DNA from: Candidatus Obscuribacteraceae bacterium
GTDB lineage: Bacteria > Cyanobacteriota > Vampirovibrionia > Obscuribacterales > Obscuribacteraceae
Length of the DNA: 64,000 nucleotides
Assembly (NCBI GenBank): GCA_044229845.1
Contig: JBGASG010000004.1
Span: forward strand, 128,001 to 192,000
Direction of reading: 5' to 3'
Below are positions 43,021-51,282 of the stretch, piece by piece. Position 1 is the first letter of the stretch; each line of letters opens with the position of its first letter. The position numbers and the translations under genes are program-made. The notes beneath the pieces were generated by a model. It did not search any database and was not told the origin of the DNA. It worked only from the letters and a program-made list of their open reading frames with translations.

Positions 43021-44322
43021 CTATTTGCTTTCGTCTTCCTTGGGCGGCGGCTCGTTGGGATTGAAGTCGGGATAAGTGCCGACATTGACAGCCAGAGTTG
43101 TGGCCGCTTTGTCACGCAATACCAGGATATTCAACGTGTCGCTGACCTTGCGGCTGAGCACGTAATCCTTCACTTCCTTCGGGCTGTGCACTTCCTTGCC
43201 GTCGATTTTTTGAATTACATCTCCGGTTTGCAGACCGGCGGCTTTACCGGGGCTGTGCGGGACGAATCCGGCGATCAAGACACCTTTGGTGGTGGCAGGC
43301 AATCCGATACTCTTCAAAGATGTTTCATCCAGGTCACGCATTTGAATGCCCAACCACGGTCGCTTCATGGTGCCGTGCGCGATCAGCTCGGTGACGACAT
43401 TTTTTGCCACGTCGACCGGTATCGAGAATCCGATGTTTTGCGCTCTGGCATAAATCGCCGTGTTGACACCCACCACTTCGCCTTTCAAATTCAGCAGCGG
43501 ACCGCCGGAGTTGCCGGGGTTGATGGCGGCGTCTGTTTGCAGGAAATTGATATTACCGTTGACGTCCATCAGCGTTCTGCCGATGGCAGAGATGATGCCG
43601 AGCGTGACGGTGTGGTCGAAGTTGAGCGGGCTGCCGATGGCGATCACAAACTCGCCGGGACGCAGTCCGGTTGACGTGCCCATGGGCAACACCGGCAGGT
43701 TGGTGGCGTCGACTTTAACCACCGCCAGATCCGAAAACTGATCGATTCCGACGACTTTACCGGTCATCACGCGCTTGTCGTTGAGGGTGATCTTGATCTG
43801 GTTGGTTTCTTTGCCGGTTCCGACCACGTGTGCGTTGGTGACGATGTAGCCGTCTGGGCGCACAATGAAACCAGATCCGGTATCACGCTTTTCCCAGAAT
43901 TCTTTGGGCGGCGCTTGTGCTTCCTTGGTGCCGTCCGGCGCCGGCGGCGCACCATCGAGCTGATTGGGCGACATCCGCTGCCCACCGAAAAACAACTGCA
44001 ACATGCCGAGGATGTCCTGGGAGGAAGTGCCCTCAGGAAGCCGGAGTCCGTTCAGCGATTCGGGAAGCTTCATGCCGTTCAAAGACCCGATGTTCGGCAT
44101 GGTCACTTTGTTCATGATCTCGATGTTGACGACGGCCGGTGCGGCTTTTTCAGCAACATCCGCGACCGTGTTGGCGCCGAAGATAAAAGCACCCGCCTGA
44201 CTGCTGGCCGAGCGCGAAGCCGTGCCGCCGTCATTTTCTTGCGCGAAAGCAGGCGCATAAGCGGAGCTGCCGAAGAGAACGAGCGATGCGGCGGCCAGCA
44301 GTTTCTTCTTTGTCACTAGCAT
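43021..44322 (-). CDS. htrA: HtrA/DegP-family serine protease with one PDZ domain
   Basis: Signal peptide, GSGFIV..TNAHVV, DLAVVK, QTDAAINPGNSGGPL, C-terminal PDZ. Confidence 0.93.
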   Translation of the reverse strand: MLVTKKKLLAAASLVLFGSSAYAPAFAQENDGGTASRSASSQAGAFIFGANTVADVAEKAAPAVVNIEIMNKVTMPNIGSLNGMKLPESLNGLRLPEGTSSQDILGMLQLFFGGQRMSPNQLDGAPPAPDGTKEAQAPPKEFWEKRDTGSGFIVRPDGYIVTNAHVVGTGKETNQIKITLNDKRVMTGKVVGIDQFSDLAVVKVDATNLPVLPMGTSTGLRPGEFVIAIGSPLNFDHTVTLGIISAIGRTLMDVNGNINFLQTDAAINPGNSGGPLLNLKGEVVGVNTAIYARAQNIGFSIPVDVAKNVVTELIAHGTMKRPWLGIQMRDLDETSLKSIGLPATTKGVLIAGFVPHSPGKAAGLQTGDVIQKIDGKEVHSPKEVKDYVLSRKVSDTLNILVLRDKAATTLAVNVGTYPDFNPNEPPPKEDESK

Positions 44323-44337
44323 AATGTGGTTCCGTCC

Positions 44338-45537
44338 TTAACGTCTGCCCATTCCGAGCTGCTGCGCACTCTGGAAAACCTTTCCTTCCGTGAGAATCGA
44401 CGGCGCGATAATCACTTCCACTTCCTGCATTTCCTTCAGGTTGGAAGCCCCGAGCGTGGACATGCTGGTTTTCAGCGCTCCGACCAGGTTTTGCGAACCA
44501 TCATCGACTGTCGCCGGTCCCATCAGAATCTGTTGCAGCGTAGCGCCGCTGCCGACTTTGATGCGAGTGCCGCGCGGCAGAACCGGACTGGGAGTCGCCA
44601 TTCCCCAGTGAAATCCATTGCCCGGCGCTTCGGTCGCGCGCGCGAAGGGCGAACCGATCATGACGGCGTCGGCACCACAGGCGATGGCTTTGCAGATATC
44701 ACCGCCCACCACCATGCCGCCATCGGCTATCAATGTCACTGGCCGTCCGCTCTCCGCTTCATAGTCGCGCTTAGCGGCGGCGCAATCGGCGATGGCGGTC
44801 GCCATCGGTACACCAATACCGAGCACGCTGCGCGATGTGCAAGCCGCTCCGGGACCGACGCCGACGAGAATGCCGGCGACGCCGGTTTGCAACAAAGCCA
44901 GCGCGGCATCATAAGTAACGCAATTGCCGACAATCACCGGCACTCCGATCTCTTTGCAAAACGACTGCAAGTCGAGTTGCGTGTTGCCTTCGGCAGTGCG
45001 GTGTTCGATGCCGGTGACGGTCGATTGCACAACCAGAATATCCAGTCCGGCTTTGACAGCGGCCGGTCCATATTTGCGCGCCATGTTCGGCGTCACCGAT
45101 GCTGCAGCCAGGACGCCCTGCGCCTTGATTTCTTTGACGCGTTTTTCAATCAACTCTTCACGCACAGGCTCGGCGTACAGCTTTTGCATAACTTCGACGA
45201 ACTCGCGGTTATCGCAATGCGTCACGGTCTGGTAGGACTCGAAAGTGCTTTCGTAGCGTGTCTGCAATCCTTGCAGATTCAAAACACCAAGCGCGCCCAT
45301 CTTTCCGAGCGCGCCTGCTACTTTTACATCTACGACACTGTCCATCGCCGACGCGAGAATCGGCACCGCCAGCTTATGCCCCGCGATGTTGACTGATACA
45401 TCGCATATATCTATGTCCAGGGTCAGCGAGCCCGGGACCAGCGCGATTTCATCGAACCCGTAGGCGCGCCGCGTCGGCTTGCCTCGCCCGATGAACATTC
45501 CGCCTGCCGTCAGCTCTTCTTTGGTAACCGTCTGCAT
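44338..45537 (-). CDS. guaB3: GuaB3-family IMP dehydrogenase
   Basis: RRAYGFDEIALVP, ASAMDSVV, GVGPGAACTSR, IADGG, HWGMATPSPVLPRGTRI. Confidence 0.9.
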   Translation of the reverse strand: MQTVTKEELTAGGMFIGRGKPTRRAYGFDEIALVPGSLTLDIDICDVSVNIAGHKLAVPILASAMDSVVDVKVAGALGKMGALGVLNLQGLQTRYESTFESYQTVTHCDNREFVEVMQKLYAEPVREELIEKRVKEIKAQGVLAAASVTPNMARKYGPAAVKAGLDILVVQSTVTGIEHRTAEGNTQLDLQSFCKEIGVPVIVGNCVTYDAALALLQTGVAGILVGVGPGAACTSRSVLGIGVPMATAIADCAAAKRDYEAESGRPVTLIADGGMVVGGDICKAIACGADAVMIGSPFARATEAPGNGFHWGMATPSPVLPRGTRIKVGSGATLQQILMGPATVDDGSQNLVGALKTSMSTLGASNLKEMQEVEVIIAPSILTEGKVFQSAQQLGMGRR

Positions 45538-45652
45538 TTAGGTCTCCCTGAAAATCGGAAAGTGGGCATCTACAGCGCCTCACCGCGCGCTTTGAAGCAC
45601 ATATTAGCACCAGTTATAGTTGTGCTGATGTAAAGAACCGATGATTTGATAC

Positions 45653-46858
45653 ATGCGTCCCTTAAAACCGCTCACAGTCATTGGTCTCAACAGCGGCACA
45701 TCGATGGATGGAGTCGATGCTGCCATGTTCCGAATTATTCCAGTGCGCCGCACCGGCGGGGGCAATGGTTCGGCCGCCACGTTACGCCTGGAAATCGAGA
45801 TGCAGGACAGCTTGTTGCATGGGTTCGAGCCGGCATTCAAGCGCAAGATGCAGTCTTTGATCGCAGGGGGCAGCGTATCTCTGGAAGAGCTCTCCCGGCT
45901 GAATGTGGCGTTGGGCGAAGTTTTTGCACAGGCGACACTGGCGCTACTCCGGCGCACTGGCATGACTCGCCACGAAGTCGATCTGATCGGGTCGCACGGG
46001 CAGACCATCTGGCATGCACCGGCAATCAAGAGTTTTGCCGGCATCCCGACGCGCAGCACGCTGCAACTGGGAGAACCGGCAATTATCGCCCAGCGCACCG
46101 GCATTCCTGTAGTTGCTGATTTCCGTGTTCAAGACATGGCGGCCGGCGGTCAGGGCGCTCCGCTTGTGGCTTTCGCCGACGAGGTTATCTTTGGTGGCAC
46201 GGGCACGCCTGTCGGTGTTTTGAATATCGGCGGCATCGCCAACATCACCGTGCTCAACGAGCATGGCGACGCAGTTATGGCGTTCGACACCGGTCCAGGC
46301 AACATGCTCATGGACCACGCGATGAGCAAGCTCTTCGGCGAAGAATTCGATGAAGGCGGCGCCATCGCCGACTCTGCGCAACCGGATGAGAAGTGGCTGA
46401 CAGAACTGCTGGCTCAGCCCTACTTCCAGGTGAAGCCGCCCAAGACCACCGGACGCGAGCTCTTCGGCACGCAGTATTGCAACAAATTGATCGATGAAGG
46501 GCGCAAGCGCGGCTTGAGCAACGAAGCAATCGTGTCGACTTTCACCTCTTTGACGGCTCGTTCGATTGCCGACGCCTACGAGCGTTTTGTGCTGCCCGTC
46601 GAGAAACTCACCATGGTCGTCCTTGGCGGCGGTGGCGCCGACAATGCCACTTTGTGCAAGCGCCTGCAGAAAGCGTGGCCGCATAAACTCGCAGCCGGTT
46701 GGAAGCGCCATGAAGATTTCGGCATGTCGACGAAGTACAAAGAAGCACTGCTGTTTGCACTTCTGGCTTACACGACGCATTTCGGAATTCCCAACAACGT
46801 GCCGCAATGCACAGGTGCCGGAGGGCGGGTCTGCCTGGGGAAAATAGTCCGCCCGTAA
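45653..46858 (+). CDS. anmK: anhydro-N-acetylmuramic acid kinase
   Basis: IGLNSGTSMDGVD, GSHGQT, DMAAGGQGAPLV, NIGGIANIT, FDTGPGN, PPKTTGRELF. Confidence 0.96.
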   Translation: MRPLKPLTVIGLNSGTSMDGVDAAMFRIIPVRRTGGGNGSAATLRLEIEMQDSLLHGFEPAFKRKMQSLIAGGSVSLEELSRLNVALGEVFAQATLALLRRTGMTRHEVDLIGSHGQTIWHAPAIKSFAGIPTRSTLQLGEPAIIAQRTGIPVVADFRVQDMAAGGQGAPLVAFADEVIFGGTGTPVGVLNIGGIANITVLNEHGDAVMAFDTGPGNMLMDHAMSKLFGEEFDEGGAIADSAQPDEKWLTELLAQPYFQVKPPKTTGRELFGTQYCNKLIDEGRKRGLSNEAIVSTFTSLTARSIADAYERFVLPVEKLTMVVLGGGGADNATLCKRLQKAWPHKLAAGWKRHEDFGMSTKYKEALLFALLAYTTHFGIPNNVPQCTGAGGRVCLGKIVRP

Positions 46859-46935
46859 CTGAACCGGCGCGCTGATAAGTGGGTACATAGGCATCGGAAT
46901 CGCAATAGCAATCGCAATCGAAATCGAGAAATCAC

Positions 46936-48168
46936 GTGGCTACTGAAATCGAAGGTATGGTGTCGTCCGACCTGCACATACCGCCTGGTATCAACTATGA
47001 ATGCACCAGTTGCGGCAAGTGCTGCGGAGGCTGGGCCGTGCCCCTGACACCGGAAGACTACGACCGCATCGTCGAAGTCGACTGGGCGGCGCACCATGCC
47101 AGTTTCCACGCCAAGACCCTGTTTCGCGATCTGAACAAACACGAAAAGGTCGACACGCCCTACTCTCACAAGATAGTCTCGGAAACCGGCGTTTGTCCGT
47201 TTCTTGCCGACAATTTGTGTTTCATGCACAGCAAGTTCGGTTCGGAATTCAAGCCGACGATTTGCCAGCTGTTTCCTTATGCTTTCAGTGTCACTCCCAG
47301 TGGTGTCTATGCCACTGTCAGTTTCGTCAGCATGGGCAGCCTCTACAACTCAGGCCGGCCGCTTGCCGAGCAGCGAGAAGTGCTGGAGAAAAAGTATTCC
47401 GAATTCAAGCGACTCTACACAAACTACAAACCCGACTGGTCGAAGATCGAGCTGACCAAGGGACAGCCGCTCACGTGGGATGAATACCTGTCCATCGAAA
47501 AGGAGATGCTGGCGATTCTCGATGACACCACTTTGACGATCGAAAAACGCCTGCTCAAAATGTCATCGTATCTGGTATCACAGGTAAAAGCCGGGGGCAG
47601 CGCCGCCTCCGCCACCGCGGCCGCAGAATCGGCTCAGGACGCGGATGCGCTGACCAAGCTGGACCGGCACATTCTGGTCAACTTCCACCGCATGTACTAC
47701 CCGACCAAAACACTCAAACGCGGGCAAGCAGATTTCAGCATCGCCCGCCTCTTCGCTCAATATCACTTAGGAAGCGATAAGATTCTGGTTCCCGGCGAGA
47801 AATACAAAATTGCCGATCTCAAAGACTACCCGTGGCCGGATGATGATCCGGAAATGGATAGTCTCTTATATAGGTATATCTACTCTTTCATTTTCGGGAA
47901 GAAGTTTTTCGGAGCAGGTTTCGGGCACGTAAGCGTGATCGCTGGCTTCCATCACTTACTGATGCTCTACTGTCTGATTAAACTACAGTGCAAGGCCACT
48001 GCTAAATTCAGGGGAGCCATCCTACCTAATATGTTGGACCTGGCGCTGACTGTCCGCCAAACCGAACGCCAGGTCGGGGAGACGAAACTGGGCGGTTATG
48101 CCGCCGCCGCCTTCGAGATGCTGCTCTTCAGCCCCGGGCGGGCGCGGCGTTTCATCGCCAATACCTGA
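46936..48168 (+). CDS. YkgJ/CxxCxxCC Fe-S cluster protein, FliB (flagellin lysine methylase)-like length
   Basis: CTSCGKCC, CPFL..NLCFMH, KPTICQLFP plus long C-terminal region. Confidence 0.8.
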   Translation: MATEIEGMVSSDLHIPPGINYECTSCGKCCGGWAVPLTPEDYDRIVEVDWAAHHASFHAKTLFRDLNKHEKVDTPYSHKIVSETGVCPFLADNLCFMHSKFGSEFKPTICQLFPYAFSVTPSGVYATVSFVSMGSLYNSGRPLAEQREVLEKKYSEFKRLYTNYKPDWSKIELTKGQPLTWDEYLSIEKEMLAILDDTTLTIEKRLLKMSSYLVSQVKAGGSAASATAAAESAQDADALTKLDRHILVNFHRMYYPTKTLKRGQADFSIARLFAQYHLGSDKILVPGEKYKIADLKDYPWPDDDPEMDSLLYRYIYSFIFGKKFFGAGFGHVSVIAGFHHLLMLYCLIKLQCKATAKFRGAILPNMLDLALTVRQTERQVGETKLGGYAAAAFEMLLFSPGRARRFIANT

Positions 48169-48170
48169 CC

Positions 48171-48281
48171 TGTGCTGGATCCGCACATTTTCGAGCTCTG
48201 CGTGCGCACTTTTCGCATGTCGAGCCCCGTTTTAATGTCGAGGTGAGCACAGGAATGCAGAAAATGTGCGGATCCGGCACA
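48171..48281. repeat. long inverted repeat (22-bp arms, 1 mismatch) able to form a ~110-nt hairpin
   Basis: TGTGCTGGATCCGCACATTTTC (48171-48192) / GAAAATGTGCGGATCCGGCACA (48260-48281). Confidence 0.8.
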
Positions 48282-48424
48282 CCCCAGCAGGGCGGACTCG
48301 CCGCCTCAGCCTGGGCCGATGGAGGCTAACTGTGCGAAAAGTCCAGGTTTATCGCATATTTGGTCCACCGCAGGTGCTTAGATTTGCCGCCAGTTGGGCA
48401 TTTAACCTTTACGGGGAACCGAAC

Positions 48425-48498
48425 TCTGCACTATTTTTCGAAAATGTAGTGCAGATAACAACAGGGATGTTGACTACTGCTCAGTTCTAAGTTAGTCT
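48425..48498 (+). promoter_or_regulatory. palindromic operator plus sigma70 promoter of pilin-like gene 1
   Basis: TCTGCACTA-N13-TAGTGCAGA (48425-48455), TTGACT-N17-TAGTCT (48470-48498). Confidence 0.7.
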
Positions 48499-48584
48499 TG
48501 CCAGACAGATTGCTTTCGGCAACCCTCGGTCCTCTTTTACTAAACAATCGAGCTTCTTTTCACCGCGTCAGGGAGATGCTTCCT

Positions 48585-49088
48585 ATGAAAACATTGTCCA
48601 AACTTACTATGGCCGCCGCTATGTCCCTCGCCCTCACCGCCCCAGCAATGGCGCAAGATGTGTTCGGAACAGCTGATACCGGAGCTACCGGTGCCACCAA
48701 CAGCAGCGGCAACACCACGTTGACCCAAACCCAAATGAACGGCGTACAACAAGCCCCAGAACTGCAAGGTGCCACCAACGGTACCGTCGGTCCGCAAGGC
48801 GATGATGCCACCGTCATTATGGGCGTCAACACAGCCGGTACGGTTCGCGTGAACAACCTCGCCAACTTGGAAGCGTTGCTCAACATCATCGCGAACGGTA
48901 TGGAAATTCTTGGTATCGCCTGGGGCGGACCGACAATGATCATGGGCTTCATGCACATGGCTGCCGGTACGCAAGATGCTATGAAGCGCGTCCTTTGGGG
49001 CGGCGCTGGTGTGACAGGCGGTCTCGCGACCCCTGGCTGCATCAACTGGCTCGTTGCATCGGCTCGCGACGCCAACCTGTTCAGCTAA
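48585..49088 (+). CDS. secreted VirB2/TrbC-pilin-like protein, copy 1
   Basis: Sec signal peptide ending AMA|Q, Gly/Thr/Asn-rich segment, then two hydrophobic helices separated by a short charged loop (GTQDAMKR). Confidence 0.7.
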   Translation: MKTLSKLTMAAAMSLALTAPAMAQDVFGTADTGATGATNSSGNTTLTQTQMNGVQQAPELQGATNGTVGPQGDDATVIMGVNTAGTVRVNNLANLEALLNIIANGMEILGIAWGGPTMIMGFMHMAAGTQDAMKRVLWGGAGVTGGLATPGCINWLVASARDANLFS

Positions 49089-49110
49089 TCGCTGTACGGA
49101 TCTAGATATA

Positions 49111-49142
49111 GGAAGGGGCGGGCAACCGCCCCTTCCGCTTTG
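49111..49142 (+). terminator. Rho-independent terminator after copy 1
   Basis: GGAAGGGGCGG-GCAA-CCGCCCCTTCC then GCTTT. Confidence 0.8.
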
Positions 49143-49260
49143 TCAGTCACTCCTCGACTTCATCGACTCCCATGGATAACCCTGTCACCGGCACTCCTTC
49201 AAAGTGCTACTTTGAATAAAGGATCACCCAGAGCATCTCCAACCACGTGGGTACGAGACC

Positions 49261-49557
49261 ATGAAACTGCCATTCTCCAGCCTAGTCTTGCGCGCTTCCG
49301 GCTTGCTGCCGGCGGTCTTTATGTATGCGAGCGAAGCGGCTCATGCCTGTGGTGGTAGTGGTGGTCCAAATCTCTTTCAGGTGGGTCTTCTGACTTTGGC
49401 TACCGCCTGCTGCCTGTTCGGCACACCCTTTATCGCCTTCGGGTTCATCAACTTTCTGTCCGGCGACACCAGAGGGGGCGCTCTGCGCGTCCTTACCTTT
49501 ATAGGTGCGATGGGCATAGTTGTGACCTCGATAGTCGTGCTCGAACACACCCACTAA
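49261..49557 (+). CDS. small divergent pilin-like membrane protein
   Basis: Signal peptide ending AHA|C; GTPFIAFGFINFLSGDTRGGALRVL aligns with GPTMIMGFMHMAAGTQDAMKRVL of the neighbours. Confidence 0.55.
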   Translation: MKLPFSSLVLRASGLLPAVFMYASEAAHACGGSGGPNLFQVGLLTLATACCLFGTPFIAFGFINFLSGDTRGGALRVLTFIGAMGIVVTSIVVLEHTH

Positions 49558-49606
49558 GGGCATCCAGGCGCCTTTGCGCCGGCCGCCCAAACAAGTCCCC
49601 GAAAAA

Positions 49607-49681
49607 TCTGCATTTTCTTCCGGAAAATGTAATGCATTTAACAAAATAACGGTTGACTTGTAAGGGGGTTGCACTTAATCT
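49607..49681 (+). promoter_or_regulatory. operator plus sigma70 promoter of pilin-like gene 2
   Basis: TCTGCATTTTCTTCCGGAAAATGTAATGCA (49607-49636), TTGACT-N17-TAATCT (49653-49681); same spacing as copy 1 within 1 nt. Confidence 0.7.
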
Positions 49682-49773
49682 ATTGCCTACGGTTGCGTTG
49701 CAACTATTTTCTGCCCGAACCTTACTAACTATTCGAATACCAATTTCTCTCTCGCCTCGAGGAGGTTTCTTTT

Positions 49774-50280
49774 ATGCGTATTAACCTTACCAACCTCGCC
49801 CTCGCCGCCTCTACCGCCCTCGTACTCGGCGCTCCAGCAATGGCGCAAGACGTGTTCGGTACCGCTGACACCGGAGCTACTGGTGCCACCAACAGCAGCG
49901 GCAACACCACTCTTACCCAAACCCAAATGAACGGCGTTCAACAAGCCCCGGAACTGCAAGGTGCCACCAACGGTACAGTCGGTCCGCAAGGCGATGATGC
50001 CACCGTCATTATGGGCGTCAACACTGCTGGTACAGTTCGCGTCAACAACCTGGCCAACTTGGAAGCGTTGCTCAACATCATCGCCAACGGTATGGAAATT
50101 CTGGGTATTGCGTGGGGCGGACCTACAATGATCATGGGCTTCATGCACATGGCCGCCGGCACCCAAGATGCCATGAAGAGAGTGCTGTGGGGCGGCGCCG
50201 GTGTAACCGGTGGTCTCGCAACCCCAGGCTGCATCAACTGGCTAGTCGCATCGGCTCGCGACGCCAACCTGTTCAGCTAA
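49774..50280 (+). CDS. secreted VirB2/TrbC-pilin-like protein, copy 2
   Basis: GAGGAGG RBS; mature sequence identical to copy 1. Confidence 0.7.
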   Translation: MRINLTNLALAASTALVLGAPAMAQDVFGTADTGATGATNSSGNTTLTQTQMNGVQQAPELQGATNGTVGPQGDDATVIMGVNTAGTVRVNNLANLEALLNIIANGMEILGIAWGGPTMIMGFMHMAAGTQDAMKRVLWGGAGVTGGLATPGCINWLVASARDANLFS

Positions 50281-50301
50281 GTTTTTCCCCCGCCAACGCC
50301 A

Positions 50302-50333
50302 ACCAGGGACCTCCCGAAAGGGAGGTTTTTGGT
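50302..50333 (+). terminator. Rho-independent terminator after copy 2
   Basis: ACCAGGGACCTCCC-GAAA-GGGAGGTTTTTGGT. Confidence 0.85.
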
Positions 50334-50412
50334 ATTTTCAAATCGTTTTGAAGACTCTCAAATCCCGCTCATAGAGCGGGATTCTGCTTTGCGCGAGCTA
50401 GGGTAAAGCGCC

Positions 50413-50441
50413 TTGAGTGCAAGAAACAATCGTCGTAAGCT
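50413..50441 (+). promoter_or_regulatory. sigma70 promoter of pilin-like gene 3
   Basis: TTGAGT-N17-TAAGCT followed by the GGGTTGC-GTT-GTAACCC element also seen after the copy 2 promoter. Confidence 0.6.
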
Positions 50442-50528
50442 CAGCTTATGGGTTGCGTTGTAACCCAGTCCACAGTACTTACTTACTACTTGTTTCACCA
50501 TTCATCTCCACAGGGAGGTCGTTTTACT

Positions 50529-51038
50529 ATGGGTAATTTTCTGACCAAACTCACACTGGGAGCGGGCGTCGGCTTGATGCTCGCTGCACCAGGCGCGATG
50601 GCACAAGACGTTTTCGGCACTGCCGACACCGGAGCGAGCGGGCTCCAGCACTCGAGCGGCAACACAACACTCACACAAACCACCATGAACGGAGTACAAC
50701 AAGCACCGGAATTACAAGGCTCGACTTTCGGCACCATTGGTCCACAACAGGAAGACGCCACAGTGATCATGGGCGTCAACACTGCCGGCACGGTTCGCGT
50801 GAACAACCTCGCCAATTTAGAAGCTCTGCTCAACATCATCGCCAACGGCATGGAAATTCTCGGCATCGCCTGGGGTGGTCCGACCATGATCATGGGCTTC
50901 ATGCACATGGCCGCCGGAACGCAAGATGCGATGAAGCGAGTCTTGTGGGGCGGTGCCGGAGTCACCGGTGGTCTGGCTACGCCAGGTTGCATCAACTGGT
51001 TGGTGGCATCAGCCCGCGACGCCAACCTGTTTAGTTAA
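50529..51038 (+). CDS. secreted VirB2/TrbC-pilin-like protein, copy 3 (variant N-terminal mature segment)
   Basis: GGGAGG RBS; identical to copies 1 and 2 from DATVIMG to the C-terminus. Confidence 0.7.
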   Translation: MGNFLTKLTLGAGVGLMLAAPGAMAQDVFGTADTGASGLQHSSGNTTLTQTTMNGVQQAPELQGSTFGTIGPQQEDATVIMGVNTAGTVRVNNLANLEALLNIIANGMEILGIAWGGPTMIMGFMHMAAGTQDAMKRVLWGGAGVTGGLATPGCINWLVASARDANLFS

Positions 51039-51079
51039 TAGATAGAACAAAGCATTTCATCCCTCGAAATGAGGAAAGG

Positions 51080-51111
51080 ACCAATGACCTCCCGCAAGGG
51101 AGGTTTTTGGT
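51080..51111 (+). terminator. Rho-independent terminator after copy 3
   Basis: ACCAATGACCTCCC-GCAA-GGGAGGTTTTTGGT, near-identical to the copy 2 terminator. Confidence 0.85.
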
Positions 51112-51282
51112 TTGTGAGCCCGTGGGAGCGCAGGGGGTCTTAATCGCCACCCGGGAAAAGGCACCGAACAACGGGATTGTCATGAAGCTCGAGCGAGTTA
51201 CGTTATACCGGGATTTTTTTCCACGACACGGTTGAGACCTCTCCTCAGCTCTAAAATTGTTGAAAGCGGGAGACACTGTGAC

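Noticed and set aside
48171..48281. Long hairpin as SRP RNA, 6S RNA or IS ends
   Set aside because: No SRP CAGG/GGAA/AGCAG motif on either strand, shorter than typical 6S, no transposase or clear target duplication
48585..51038. Repeated genes as an assembly artefact or silent antigenic-variation cassettes
   Set aside because: Copies differ at many synonymous sites, in signal peptides and in flanks, and each is complete with its own promoter, RBS and terminator
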